DNA of 64,000 nucleotides from Candidatus Bathyarchaeia archaeon (GCA_050015395.1 JBEKBM010000017.1:1-64000); one strand, 5' to 3'; counted from the first letter of the stretch, positions 18,821-29,304 are shown. Program-made: numbers and translations. The notes: generated from the sequence alone by a model not told the origin.

Positions 18821-20022
18821 TCTTTCTTCTCTCCTAGAATACTAACGTAAGCTTTAGTTCCAAAACCCTCAAACTCTAACACACAACCACTCTTAGGTGA
18901 ACCATTACCAACATTAACTTGACGTTCGCCTGCCTCACCTCTTAACTGGCGGTAAATCTCAAAAATCTGTGCCCCGCCAGTAGCGCCTAACGGGTTTCCA
19001 TCTGCTTTTAACCCGCCATCCGTATTAACGAAAAGCTGCCTTCCGTTTATTTCATAGCAGTTTTTGTTGTTTTGGCAGCTTTCATATATGTTCTTCCAAG
19101 CTGTTCCCGGTTCGCAGAAGCCTAAATCTTCGAGAGAAACAAGCTCCATCATGGTTGACTGGTCGTTTACTTCGATAACCTGCAGGTCAGACAAAGCGGT
19201 TTTAGCCATTTGAGAAGCATTCTTCATGGCAATTTCAGCCGCGACAAAACGGGATAGATCTTCTCTTGCTGAATAATTCAGGTAATCAGTGGCTGAAGTG
19301 CAGCCTAAAACGTAAACTGGATTGTCACTCAACTTTTTGGTAACTGCCTCGCTTGCAAGAATCAAGGCTGATGCGCCGTCAGAAATTGGGGCAAAATCAT
19401 AGAGCCCCAAGGATTTATGCGCTGCTTTCCGCGCGTTTAAGACTTGGTCAACAGTGATTTTTCTTTGGAACTGAGCATACTTGTTTTTGGTTGCGTTCGC
19501 ATGGTTTTTAACTGACACCTGAGCTAGAGCGATGTTGAGTTTGTCAAGGTTTTCGCCGGTTATGTTGTGCTTTTTTATGTAAGCTCTCAGCATAAGCTCA
19601 TGGTTTGCTTCTGGAGTTCCACCTGTATAGTAGCTCCATGGGTCTTCCAAAAGCATGAGGTCATCACGTATTTTGTCCCAGCGGTCAGTCATTTTTTCTA
19701 TGCCACCAACAAGAACCGTGCTGTAAACTCCAGCCTGAATTGCGTGACAAGCGGTTAACAATGCAGCGCTGAAAGAGCGGGTTACTTCCATGGGCACGTG
19801 AAGTTCGGTGAGTTCTGAGAGAAAGCCTTCTTCTAAGCCTAGTTTATTTGTGATTGGAAGAAAACAATCTGACATGTAACAGGCTTCTAGGTCCTTGCGT
19901 TCTATGTTGCATTCGTTTGAAGCGGCAAGCCAAGCTTCCTCAATTAGTTTTTCTGGTTCTTTGCCGTAATGCTCTCCAAACTTGGTTCTGCCAACAGCAA
20001 CTATGGCTGGGCGATTTTGCAT
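18817..20022 (-). CDS. Thiolase-fold protein lacking catalytic residues (pseudo-thiolase)
   Basis: GGIEKMTD, KNHANA, PISDGA and GGLKA..GATG retained; nucleophile Cys loop deleted, HDCF to NDQS, GHP to GNP. Confidence 0.85.
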   Translation of the reverse strand: MQNRPAIVAVGRTKFGEHYGKEPEKLIEEAWLAASNECNIERKDLEACYMSDCFLPITNKLGLEEGFLSELTELHVPMEVTRSFSAALLTACHAIQAGVYSTVLVGGIEKMTDRWDKIRDDLMLLEDPWSYYTGGTPEANHELMLRAYIKKHNITGENLDKLNIALAQVSVKNHANATKNKYAQFQRKITVDQVLNARKAAHKSLGLYDFAPISDGASALILASEAVTKKLSDNPVYVLGCTSATDYLNYSAREDLSRFVAAEIAMKNASQMAKTALSDLQVIEVNDQSTMMELVSLEDLGFCEPGTAWKNIYESCQNNKNCYEINGRQLFVNTDGGLKADGNPLGATGGAQIFEIYRQLRGEAGERQVNVGNGSPKSGCVLEFEGFGTKAYVSILGEKKD

Positions 20023-20320
20023 GATGGTTCTTCCCTTTTTGAATAGCAATTATCCTTTTCTGAAAAGACTATTAAGTGTTTGCCATATTTCCACGAAATA
20101 AGGGATTAACTAATATGTGGATTGATTAATAATTTCATCAGGCGTTTTACGTGGGGAGAGTAAAGGAAGTATTTAGTGGTCTTAAAGAGAGAATTGACGC
20201 GGTTTTCTATAAGTGCGAGTATCTGAAAGAATGTGATAAAGTTACACCACAATGATGGGAAGGAGGAAACAGCTATTGTGGCGAATATAAAAAGAGAACC
20301 AACAAGAAACATAAGAAAAG

Positions 20321-21694
20321 TTAAGCGTGAATGCCAGAAACTCCATGGTTTATCTCGTTTATGGTTAACTGGCGCTTTAAGGTTTTAACCAGGTTCAGCA
20401 AGTTTCTGCTTAACTCTACTGGATAAACAGGCGCACCCGTTAACGCCTTATACTCCTCTGGAAGTTTAGACAGGTTCTCTGCGGCAGTGGCTCGAATGTT
20501 ACCCAGCGACGGAAACTTGTAGATTAATTTGCCCTTTTCTATGACTTTAACAAGCAACGGTTCGCCCTGCACCTTCTCATCAGCCAAGGCAATGGTGTCT
20601 TTTTCAAAATTTCCCGCAGCGTCCATGAAGCGGTAAACTTGTTTTCGTCCTGGCAAAGTAATTTTGTCCTTGCTTAACTTCATTATAGGCGAAAAGCTGC
20701 CGTCAGCCGTCATGGTTTCACAGAGTTTGTAAATTACATCCAAATAAGGTCTATCCGCTGAAGTGCCCATTTTAGTCCCTACCCCAAACGAGTCTATTCT
20801 TGCGCCTTTGCTCAGCAGTTCTTCTATTTTGAATTCATCCAAGTCGCCGCTGGCAAAAATCTTCACATATTCCAAGCCTTGGTCATCAAGGATTTTCCTG
20901 ACTTTTTTGCTGGTTTGCACCAAATCGCCGCTGTCCAAGCGGACGCCTCCAAGCCTAAAGCCCTTAGCCTCAAGCTCTTTAGCTACAACTGCGGCTTTTT
21001 CCGCGCCTGAAATGTCATTATAAGTGTCTATGAGAAGCGTGGACTTGTTTGGGAAAGTTTTAGCGAAAGCCCGGAACGCATCAATCTCTTTTGGGTAAGA
21101 CATGATAAACGAGTGCGCCATGGTTCCGAAAACTGGAATGCCATAGACTTGCCCTGCTAAAACGTTACTTGTGCCTTGGCACCCAGCGATGTAGCTGCTT
21201 CGCGCCACTTTCATTCCAGCGTCAATACCAGGTTCTCTTCTTAAGCCAAACTCAATCACGGATTTTCCCTTGGCTGCGTGTACTACCCGCGATGCTTTGG
21301 TGGCTATCATGGATTGCAGGTTAACAGTGTTAAGCAAAAAAGTCTCAACTAGCTGAGCCTCAATAATCGGAGCTGTAACGCGAATTAAGGGCTCATTTGG
21401 AAAAGCTACAGTGCCCTCAAGAACAGCCCAAACATCACCCGTAAACCTGAAACCACGCAAATAATCAAGAAAATCCTCTTTGAACCCCTGCTTTTTCAGG
21501 TAAGCCAGATGCCCCTCGGTGAATTTGATATTTTGCAGATACTGCAGGGCTTCTTCTAACCCTGCAAATAAGAAGTAGGAGCGGTTTTCAGGCAGCCGCC
21601 TAATGAAAAGGTCAAAAGTGGCAGGCTCAAAGTTTTTGTTGTCAAAGTAGCTTGCGCACATGGTCAATTCGTAAAAATCGGTGAATAAGCTCAT
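20321..21694 (-). CDS. pncB: Nicotinate phosphoribosyltransferase
   Basis: TDFYELTM, EFGLRR, GTMAHS, RLDSGD. Confidence 0.95.
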   Translation of the reverse strand: MSLFTDFYELTMCASYFDNKNFEPATFDLFIRRLPENRSYFLFAGLEEALQYLQNIKFTEGHLAYLKKQGFKEDFLDYLRGFRFTGDVWAVLEGTVAFPNEPLIRVTAPIIEAQLVETFLLNTVNLQSMIATKASRVVHAAKGKSVIEFGLRREPGIDAGMKVARSSYIAGCQGTSNVLAGQVYGIPVFGTMAHSFIMSYPKEIDAFRAFAKTFPNKSTLLIDTYNDISGAEKAAVVAKELEAKGFRLGGVRLDSGDLVQTSKKVRKILDDQGLEYVKIFASGDLDEFKIEELLSKGARIDSFGVGTKMGTSADRPYLDVIYKLCETMTADGSFSPIMKLSKDKITLPGRKQVYRFMDAAGNFEKDTIALADEKVQGEPLLVKVIEKGKLIYKFPSLGNIRATAAENLSKLPEEYKALTGAPVYPVELSRNLLNLVKTLKRQLTINEINHGVSGIHA

Positions 21695-21855
21695 ATTTTC
21701 CTCTTTTAGGTAACAGAGAAAAGCTTTCATGCGTTAATAGTGGAAAGCTAAGGGATTTAATGCTTTCTAACCGCGGTAAGATAGCCTCAGCATTTCGTAT
21801 AATGGCAATTTGCGTTTAACAATTTTTATCTATGCATGTGTACACATACACAGGT

Positions 21856-22123
21856 ATGGTCACTAAGACTATTTCAATAACGGAAGAAGCTTATGACGCA
21901 TTGCTTCGTGAGAAAATAAACAAAGAAAGCTTTACAGACACCATTCTACGCATAACAAAGAAATCAGGCAAAATAGCTGATTGCTTTGGATCTTAGAAGA
22001 TGACAGACAAAGAAGAGGAAGCGATTCGCATTGAACTCTCTAAAAGATGGCATTTAATCCAAGAGCGAATATCTAATGAGATGCCTCGATACTGACCTTC
22101 TCGTTGCCATTTTAATCCTGTAA
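21856..22123 (+). pseudogene. Decayed VapB (DUF217-like)/VapC pair
   Basis: MVTKTISITEEAY antitoxin with in-frame TAG at 21994; overlapping MRCLDTDLLVAIL PIN start truncated after 15 aa. Confidence 0.75.
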
Positions 22124-22179
22124 ATCCCTTTTTTGTTGCGAATACTTTTTGTCTATCTAACCCGCATAAATAGCCATAA

Positions 22180-23055
22180 GTGAAATGTGTGCCGTTAATT
22201 TCAAGGTTTGACCCATGGCGTTCTGGGATGTGTACTTGTCCGCCGAAGCTTACTTTTAACCCTTACACTGGATGCGACCACCAATGCATCTACTGCTACG
22301 CTTCCAGCTACATCCCGAGCTTCAGCGATTGCAGACCCAAAAAAGACCAGCTTGCAGCTTTAAAGCGTGAAGCGGCAAAACTCAACGGCGAAACAGTTTC
22401 AATAGCCAACTCATCGGACCCCTACCCGCGTGCCGAAGAGTCCGCTGGCTTGACAAGGCGATGCCTCGAAATTTTAGCGGAGAGCAACTGCAAAATACAA
22501 ATCATAACTAAAAGCAATATTGTAGTTAGAGACGATGACTTGCTAAGCAAGGTTCCCTCAACTGTAGCGTTAACCATAACCACAGACGACGATAACTTAG
22601 CAAAGCTCATCGAGCCGCATGCACCCTTGCCGTCTCAGCGTCTTAGAGCGGCGCAAGATTTAATTAAAAAAGGCATACCCATCTCAGTGCGAATAGACCC
22701 AATCATACCCTCCGTAAACGACCAACCGCAAAAACTCGTCGCCGCTCTAGCAAGCATAGGCGTTAAACATTTAACATGCTCAACGTACAAGGCTAAACCA
22801 GACAATTGGATGCGACTCGCCCAGGCCATGCCTAAAGTAGCGGAGAATCTGAAACCGCTCTATTTTCAGCAGGGCGAAAAAATCGGCGGCAACACACTTT
22901 TGCCAAAAGAATTCAGGTTTAAACTTCTAAAAAGCGTTCGTGACCTAGCTGTTGCGAATAATATGAAGTTTGGTGTTTGCAGGGAAGGCTTACCCGAGTT
23001 GAATACGGCGTCATGTGACGGGTCTTGGCTTATGCCTAAGAGCAAAGGAAAGTGA
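22180..23055 (+). CDS. SPL-like radical SAM protein
   Basis: NPYTGCDHQCIYCYA, SDPY, TKS, RIDPIIP. Confidence 0.85.
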   Translation: MKCVPLISRFDPWRSGMCTCPPKLTFNPYTGCDHQCIYCYASSYIPSFSDCRPKKDQLAALKREAAKLNGETVSIANSSDPYPRAEESAGLTRRCLEILAESNCKIQIITKSNIVVRDDDLLSKVPSTVALTITTDDDNLAKLIEPHAPLPSQRLRAAQDLIKKGIPISVRIDPIIPSVNDQPQKLVAALASIGVKHLTCSTYKAKPDNWMRLAQAMPKVAENLKPLYFQQGEKIGGNTLLPKEFRFKLLKSVRDLAVANNMKFGVCREGLPELNTASCDGSWLMPKSKGK

Positions 23056-23059
23056 TTGG

Positions 23060-24163
23060 ATGCAAAACCGAGTCATCATGCTGGTTGATTTCGACTATTT
23101 CTATGCGCAATGCGAGGAGCTACGCAACCCAACCCTGAAAGACAAGCCTGTTGTCGTAGGCGTTTATTCAGGACGCACAGAGGAAAGCGGAGCAGTAAGC
23201 ACAAGCAACTACATTGCCAGAAAATACAGCGTTAAATCGGGCATGCCCCTCTTCCTTGCTAAGCAGAAACTAGAAGGCACAGACGCAGTTTTTCTGCCAG
23301 TTGACCACGAGTACTACGACCAAATAAGCAACAGGATAATGCAGATTCTCCGCGGCTACGCAAGCAGCCTGGAGCAAGTCAGCGTTGATGAAGCTTATTT
23401 GGATGTTACAGAGCAAGTTCAAGGCAGCTTCGAGAAAGCGAAAGATTACGCTCAAAAAATGAAAAATGAAGTCACCAAAGAGGTCGGAATTTCTTTCTCC
23501 GTGGGAGTTGGTCCCAACAAGCTTGTCGCTAAGATTGCTTGTGACAGTCAAAAGCCGGACGGCTTAACAATTGTAAAATCTGAAGAAGCAAAGAATTTTT
23601 TTGCGCCGTTGCCCGTGGACCGACTCTTAGGTGTCGGAAAGAAAACTTCGGCAAGAATGGATTCCTTAGGCATCAAAACAGTCGGCGACTTAGCAAATTA
23701 TGACGTGCAAAAACTCGTAGACATTTGGGGAAAAATTCTCGGTGTCTATTTCCATAACGCCGCTAACGCAGTTGATAATGAACCTGTTCAAGAGCAAGGG
23801 GAAGCCGAATCCATAAGCAGAATCGGCACATTAAAGCAGGACACAAAGGATTTGGCGTTTATTTTGCAGAAAACAGATGAATTAACAGATGATATCTCCA
23901 AGGAACTAGCGGAGAAGAACTTGAGCTTTAAGCAAGTTGCAATTTACGTGGTCCTGACTGATTTAAGCAGTAAAAGCAGGTCAATAACACTTGAGCAACC
24001 AGCAAAAGACTCAGAAACAATCAAGAAAAACGTAAAAGAACTATTCGGAAAATTCCTAAGCGAAACCCAGCTTGAAGTTCGAAGAGTCGGAGTGAAAGTC
24101 TCAGGCTTCAGCAGGGAAGAACCGCAGCAAAAACAGCTGACAAGCTTTTTCCAAACAAGCTAA
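23060..24163 (+). CDS. dinB: DNA polymerase IV (Y family, Dpo4/DinB)
   Basis: DFDYFYAQ, SVDEAY, NKLVAKIA, KPDG. Confidence 0.95.
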   Translation: MQNRVIMLVDFDYFYAQCEELRNPTLKDKPVVVGVYSGRTEESGAVSTSNYIARKYSVKSGMPLFLAKQKLEGTDAVFLPVDHEYYDQISNRIMQILRGYASSLEQVSVDEAYLDVTEQVQGSFEKAKDYAQKMKNEVTKEVGISFSVGVGPNKLVAKIACDSQKPDGLTIVKSEEAKNFFAPLPVDRLLGVGKKTSARMDSLGIKTVGDLANYDVQKLVDIWGKILGVYFHNAANAVDNEPVQEQGEAESISRIGTLKQDTKDLAFILQKTDELTDDISKELAEKNLSFKQVAIYVVLTDLSSKSRSITLEQPAKDSETIKKNVKELFGKFLSETQLEVRRVGVKVSGFSREEPQQKQLTSFFQTS

Positions 24164-24217
24164 ACATCAAAGCAAAGTTTTTCTCCCTGTAAACCCATTT
24201 TAAGCTGGGTCAAAATT

Positions 24218-24814
24218 TTGTCTTGCGAAGAACAAAAGAAAAGAAAACTGCCGCCCAACCAAGTGGCTACCGACCATATTTTACGGTGGGGCATTGACCA
24301 TCCAGGCGTAACCTCAACTAACCCACAGCTCAAACTTGAAACCTACACACTAACAATCGATGGAGAAGTAGAGAAACCAGTGAAGCTAAGCTGGAATGAC
24401 TTCATGAAGTTACCTAAAACCGTCTCAATCAGCGATTTTCATTGCGTTGAGGGCTGGAGCGTTGTGGATTGTAAATGGGAAGGCGTACACGTCCGCGAAA
24501 TCGAGAGGCTTGTTAAACCTAAAGATGTTGCTAAAAGTGTAACTTTTGAATGCGCTGACTCGTATGTCACTTCGCTTTTCCGAGAAGAACTCTATGGCGA
24601 CGATGTTCTTTTAGCCTACAAGCTAAACGGGGAAGTGTTGGAGGAAGGGTACGGGTTTCCAGTGCGTCTCGTAGTTCCGAGTAAGTATGCGTATAAGAGC
24701 GCGTTGTGGGTGGTGCATTTGCGGTTTACTCGTGGCAAAGAGTTAGGCTTCTGGGAGCGACGGGGATACAGTGACAGCGCGGACGTGTGGCGAAACGACC
24801 GTTTCAAACGCTGA
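24218..24814 (+). CDS. Molybdopterin-dependent oxidoreductase (sulfite oxidase/MsrP-like)
   Basis: DFHCVEGWS, GFPVRLVVP, KSALW, GFWE. Confidence 0.85.
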   Translation: MSCEEQKKRKLPPNQVATDHILRWGIDHPGVTSTNPQLKLETYTLTIDGEVEKPVKLSWNDFMKLPKTVSISDFHCVEGWSVVDCKWEGVHVREIERLVKPKDVAKSVTFECADSYVTSLFREELYGDDVLLAYKLNGEVLEEGYGFPVRLVVPSKYAYKSALWVVHLRFTRGKELGFWERRGYSDSADVWRNDRFKR

Positions 24815-24961
24815 TTAAGAAATGCTGTTTAAGCATAATCAATCCATATTCATAATTTTTATTAACAATAAATTTATTGATTCAAAAGGTCGCTTTTAAA
24901 ATTGGGATAACATTTATAAGCTTACTCTAAGTTGTCTGGACTCTTCAAGAGGTTGAAAAAT

Positions 24962-25111
24962 ATGTCTCAGAAAAATAAAGCAAGGCACCTTTCAAACTGC
25001 CAGATGGCCGCCGAAAGCGCAGTTATAGCAACGGATGGCAGCACATCAAACGTGCCTACGCGAAAACGAAAAGAAGACGCAAAACAGATTCTCTACTTAA
25101 ACAGGATATAA
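24962..25111 (+). CDS. Small hypothetical protein, 49 aa, not in ORF track
   Basis: TTTATAA box, GAGGT SD, MSQKNKARHLSNCQ...YLNRI. Confidence 0.45.
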   Translation: MSQKNKARHLSNCQMAAESAVIATDGSTSNVPTRKRKEDAKQILYLNRI

Positions 25112-25214
25112 ATCACAAAAGGCTTGCTTCTCTAATATCCCGAGCACTTTTGCCAAAGTTGAAGTCTTTTATATTTGACTACCCATCAGTTTTGATGAAA
25201 AAAGGGGCAAAACC

Positions 25215-25661
25215 TTGAACTATACCGAAGCCAAACTCGGAAGAATCTTCATACTCAGACTCCACCAAGGCGAGCGCTTACATGAAGTTATAGAAAAATT
25301 TGCTGCCGAAAAGCAAGTTTCAAGTGCACTCTGCTTCTTCTTAGGCGGCGCAGAAGACAAAAGCAAAGTTGTCGTGGGACCAAAAGACGGAGCAGCGCTT
25401 CCTCCTGAACCGATGGTTACGCTTTTGAGGGGAGTGCATGAAAGCTGCGGTGTGGGAACAATCTTCACCGATGAGCAGGGCAAACCGAAACTGCATATGC
25501 ATGCAAGCTTTGGAAGAAATGACACAGCCGTTACAGGCTGCGTGCGCATGGGAGTTGATGTATGGCAAATAGGCGAAGCAGTCATTTTGGAACTGGCTGG
25601 TTCTTCAGCTAAAAGAGCTAAAAACAAGGATACGGGTTTTGAATTTTTAGAAATCGGCTAA
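25215..25661 (+). CDS. PPC domain (DUF296) protein
   Basis: LHMHASFG..GC motif. Confidence 0.85.
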   Translation: MNYTEAKLGRIFILRLHQGERLHEVIEKFAAEKQVSSALCFFLGGAEDKSKVVVGPKDGAALPPEPMVTLLRGVHESCGVGTIFTDEQGKPKLHMHASFGRNDTAVTGCVRMGVDVWQIGEAVILELAGSSAKRAKNKDTGFEFLEIG

Positions 25662-25725
25662 GTGTCAGGTTTATTATGGAACAGTTTCTTATCAGCTACA
25701 ATTTCGAATTCCTATAAGTCGAAGG

Positions 25726-27402
25726 CTAACCTAAGAAAGTCAGGATGAAGATTCTACGGGGGTCAGTGCCAAAAGCAGGAATCAAACCCTGTTTAACAAG
25801 GTCTTCTATCATCGCATTGCCTGAGAGATATTGGAATTTGCCAGATTCATACAGCATCTCATAAACGCCCATCGCGGTAAGCGTCGTGTTGAAGTAGGGC
25901 ACGTTGCCGCCGTACTCATAAGTAAATACGTACTTCACATTGTTTTGACTACATTTCTGCACAAACTCAGTTATGTTGAAAACAGGCGTGTAAGCATCCA
26001 CAGGCTCCGCGGGATATTGGACAACTGAGATATTCTTGCCCTGCGCATTAAGGTAAAACTGGACCATACCACTGCTGAAAAGGTTCTGGGGACACATAAC
26101 CATAATCGACTCATTCGGAGCAAGGTGGGCAGCCGCGTAATCTGTGGCTTCCTGAATAGGGATGTGGATTTGGTCTTGAGCAACCCAACTGTAAGCATCG
26201 CTGACACTGTAAGTTGTGCCCACCAAAGTGAAGACTACAAGAAGACCAGCGGCAACCTGCACTAACCGTTTCTTGCTGACGCTCAGATGAGGGAGTTTCC
26301 AGGTTTTCTGCGCTTTTTCCAATGCAGACGTAATCAAGCTTGCCCCGGAGATGGCTAGCACTGGGAAGGCCGGTATTAGGTAGCGCCACTGCCTGTTCGG
26401 TATGGCGGTGAAGAAGATGTAGACCACGACGAACCAGATAAGCAGGTACTTGTCTTCGGCTTTTCGCCGCAACGCCAGCCAACCCAAACCCACCAGCCCC
26501 ACAGCATACAGGAGGAACGAAATCGGGTGGACATTCGTGTATGGCTCCGTTATCTCTATGAAATAGAAAATCGACACTCGGATCCAGTTGGGCAGCGGGT
26601 CAAACCACGCGGGAAATCGATCAAGTCCAGTACTGTAGAGTGTCTTGTCAGGGTTACCTATGTTCATGGCGTATAGCCACTGGTTCAGCAATCCAGCTGA
26701 ATACAACCAGTAAAACACCAAAACCAGAGGCACCGCCACAGCCACAACTGTTATGGCTAAGCGGGGGACAGTGCGAAACTTCTTCTTCAAGTAGTCCCTG
26801 CCCAAAAACGCCAAGCCCACAACCGCTATGACAGCCACAATCACCGTCTGATACTTCGTCGCCACGCCCAAAGCAAACGTCACAATGCTCAACGCCAAGA
26901 ACTTGTTTTTGTGTTCTTTGAGCCACAAAAAGAAGAACAGCGTCGAAACCGTGAAGAAAAACACAAGCGTCGTCTCAATCATAGCCATCCGGCTAAGCCA
27001 AACGTAACCCGGCATAACAGCGAGCAGGATGCTGGCAAGCAAACCCGTTTTCGCGCCATAAATGCGATAAGCAAACTCGAACACAGCGTACACGGAAAGC
27101 AGCGAGAACACCACGGACACAAACCTGCCCATGAACAAGCTCACGCCGCCCGCTGCAAAGAAACCCGCCGTAAATATGTCGTACATGGGTGGGTAGAAAG
27201 AGTTCCAAGATAGATACTGCTGGAAGTTGCCCCGTAGCAGAAATAAGCCGCCGTTCAGGTTGGTTACTTCATCCCATTGAGGGGACATATAGGAGAGGTT
27301 ATAAAGCAGAAAGGCGACATAGACGAAGGCAAAAATCAAGAAGGCTATTCGCCACTTGTTTAAGCCACCCTTAAACCACTTTAACAGCGAATTTAGATTC
27401 AA
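25726..27402 (-). CDS. GT-C glycosyltransferase family 39 (PMT/ArnT-like)
   Basis: WDE, YPP, TKY and RY motifs with many TM helices. Confidence 0.85.
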   Translation of the reverse strand: MNLNSLLKWFKGGLNKWRIAFLIFAFVYVAFLLYNLSYMSPQWDEVTNLNGGLFLLRGNFQQYLSWNSFYPPMYDIFTAGFFAAGGVSLFMGRFVSVVFSLLSVYAVFEFAYRIYGAKTGLLASILLAVMPGYVWLSRMAMIETTLVFFFTVSTLFFFLWLKEHKNKFLALSIVTFALGVATKYQTVIVAVIAVVGLAFLGRDYLKKKFRTVPRLAITVVAVAVPLVLVFYWLYSAGLLNQWLYAMNIGNPDKTLYSTGLDRFPAWFDPLPNWIRVSIFYFIEITEPYTNVHPISFLLYAVGLVGLGWLALRRKAEDKYLLIWFVVVYIFFTAIPNRQWRYLIPAFPVLAISGASLITSALEKAQKTWKLPHLSVSKKRLVQVAAGLLVVFTLVGTTYSVSDAYSWVAQDQIHIPIQEATDYAAAHLAPNESIMVMCPQNLFSSGMVQFYLNAQGKNISVVQYPAEPVDAYTPVFNITEFVQKCSQNNVKYVFTYEYGGNVPYFNTTLTAMGVYEMLYESGKFQYLSGNAMIEDLVKQGLIPAFGTDPRRIFILTFLG

Positions 27403-27891
27403 TCTATCCCTCTCAGCGAAGCACCCAAGCTGATTAAATAATTACCGTTTATGTCGGGAGAGCGAGACCTCGTCTTATTGATTAAGATGCACAGGTCAAT
27501 TCCTCCCCCAGCCTTTTATTTAAGAACTTGGATTTAACTCTTCTTTTCTCCTTATTCTGGGAAGACCTCCATACTATCGTAACGAAAATTTTTAAAAAGG
27601 ATTATCCACATGAAAGAGTTTCAAATATAACCCTTCTATCTAAGCTTCTTGAGAGCATGCTTTTAGCAGAATCAAAGTTGAATTATATGTTTGGGGTTTC
27701 TATTTTGTGCAAGGCTAGAAAATAGGTCGTTTTTTCCTGATTCTGGTTGATTCTATGTCTGTGTAAGTTTAAAGCTGGGGAGATAGGGTAGGCTTTTTGC
27801 TTGGTCATCCTGATAGCAAAAAGAGAACATTTTTGGACTGGTAATCTTCTCAAATAAGCCTTTTGATGCCAAACTGATTTTGGAATGCGCA

Positions 27892-28551
27892 TTAAGCGCC
27901 AGAGATTCTTCTTTTTATCAGTTTGTATTGCCTTTCCAAATTCAACGTTAACGGCACAGGCTGACCGAAAGGCTGACATTTCCCGTTTACAATTGCTTTA
28001 ACTATCGAGTCAACGTTGGGTTCAGAATCAATAACCGTGTAGCCGTAACCGATTGTCGGACCGTAATGCGAGTCAGTTCCGCCCACACACGGCAGATTAA
28101 GCTTCTGCGCTATTTCTCCTGCCTTTTTCTTGCAACGGTTAAACGGAAACGCCGAAGCATTGAGGGTTTCCACAGCGTCAAATTTTACATCTGCAACATG
28201 ACTATTTAAGCTACCTTTAAACCAAGCGTAAGGGTGAACTGCAATAGCTATCCCGCCCGCCTCATGGATTCGGTCAACTGTTTCCCTTGCACTTAAGCCT
28301 CTTGGAATTAAATCCTGAAGGTTCAGGGCAACTATGTGGCCGTCTGCGCTTGAAACCTCCATGCCTGGAATAACAAGAAAGTCTGCTTCTTTAGCTATTT
28401 TGCAGCTGCCCTCAATCTGGTTGTGGTCTGTGACAGCAACAGCATTCAAGCCGCGCTTTTTGGCATAAAAAACGAGCTCTTTTGGAGTTATCAATGAATC
28501 CGTGGAGTAGTTTGAGTGCACGTGAAGATCGGCACTTATTCGATTCGACAT
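27892..28551 (-). CDS. PHP domain metallophosphoesterase
   Basis: DLHVHS, TDH, HP, GTDSH. Confidence 0.9.
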   Translation of the reverse strand: MSNRISADLHVHSNYSTDSLITPKELVFYAKKRGLNAVAVTDHNQIEGSCKIAKEADFLVIPGMEVSSADGHIVALNLQDLIPRGLSARETVDRIHEAGGIAIAVHPYAWFKGSLNSHVADVKFDAVETLNASAFPFNRCKKKAGEIAQKLNLPCVGGTDSHYGPTIGYGYTVIDSEPNVDSIVKAIVNGKCQPFGQPVPLTLNLERQYKLIKRRISGA

Positions 28552-28598
28552 ATAATCCCTCTGTTCCAGATAATTTTTGACGTTTTTATGATACTAAT

Positions 28599-29063
28599 TC
28601 AACGCTTGAATGTATCTATGTAGTCACTTATGAATAAAAGAGACTCTTGTTCGGTCTTCACTTGTATTTCTGTTATTTTCTTAAAATCCACGTCATCACT
28701 TAGCATTATTGCATCATTGTAAAATGCAGTCGCCGATATGAGGGAGTCTGCTATAGGAATGCCATATTTTCCTTTAAATTCGCCTGCTTTAATTGCTATT
28801 TTTTCGTCTATCTCAAGCTTTTTGAGATAGGTAGCGTACTTTAGCTCTTCAACCCTTGCCTTAGCTAAGTCCACTCTTTTTTCATGCAAATATTTATAAT
28901 AAATTTCGGTTAGCGTAACCACGCTTATAGCTGCTTCTATCTCTCCGCTTTCAATCCGTAAGAGTATTTTTTGAACTGTTTCCCAACCTTTTTCTTTTGC
29001 AAACAGTTTAATCAGCGGCTCAGTATCTAGCAGTAACCTATAGTTTTTCGATTCTTTTGTCAA
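28599..29063 (-). CDS. VapC PIN-domain toxin
   Basis: LLDT..E..IADSLI..SDD. Confidence 0.85.
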   Translation of the reverse strand: MTKESKNYRLLLDTEPLIKLFAKEKGWETVQKILLRIESGEIEAAISVVTLTEIYYKYLHEKRVDLAKARVEELKYATYLKKLEIDEKIAIKAGEFKGKYGIPIADSLISATAFYNDAIMLSDDVDFKKITEIQVKTEQESLLFISDYIDTFKR

Positions 29064-29304
29064 ATTCTTCCGTCCACTCCTTCCGCATAGCCTTTAATTC
29101 CTCAGAAGGTTTTCTGTTTGCAAATAACTCTTTGTCGACACCAGCTAGCTTGGATAGTTTGGGAACAGGAACCAATTTGATGATGTTATCTTCGCTGACA
29201 ACCAAGAGTTTTTCGCCCTTGACTATCTTTAGTCGTTTTCTTAGTTTTGAAGGAAGAGTAACTTGCCCTTTTGATGAAACTGTAACTGTTTCCGCATCAG
29301 TCAA
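29038..29304 (-). CDS. AbrB/MazE-family antitoxin
   Basis: VSSKGQVTLP..RKRL. Confidence 0.85.
   Translation of the reverse strand: MTDAETVTVSSKGQVTLPSKLRKRLKIVKGEKLLVVSEDNIIKLVPVPKLSKLAGVDKELFANRKPSEELKAMRKEWTEEFDKRIEKL

Noticed and set aside
21994-21996. In-frame TAG as pyrrolysine or recoding
   Set aside because: A single TGG-to-TAG change beside a truncated toxin explains it, and no pyl genes are in the window.
25726-27402. Visibly higher GC in the GT39 gene as a mobile insertion
   Set aside because: No boundary repeats or mobility genes, and the GC shift was not quantified.
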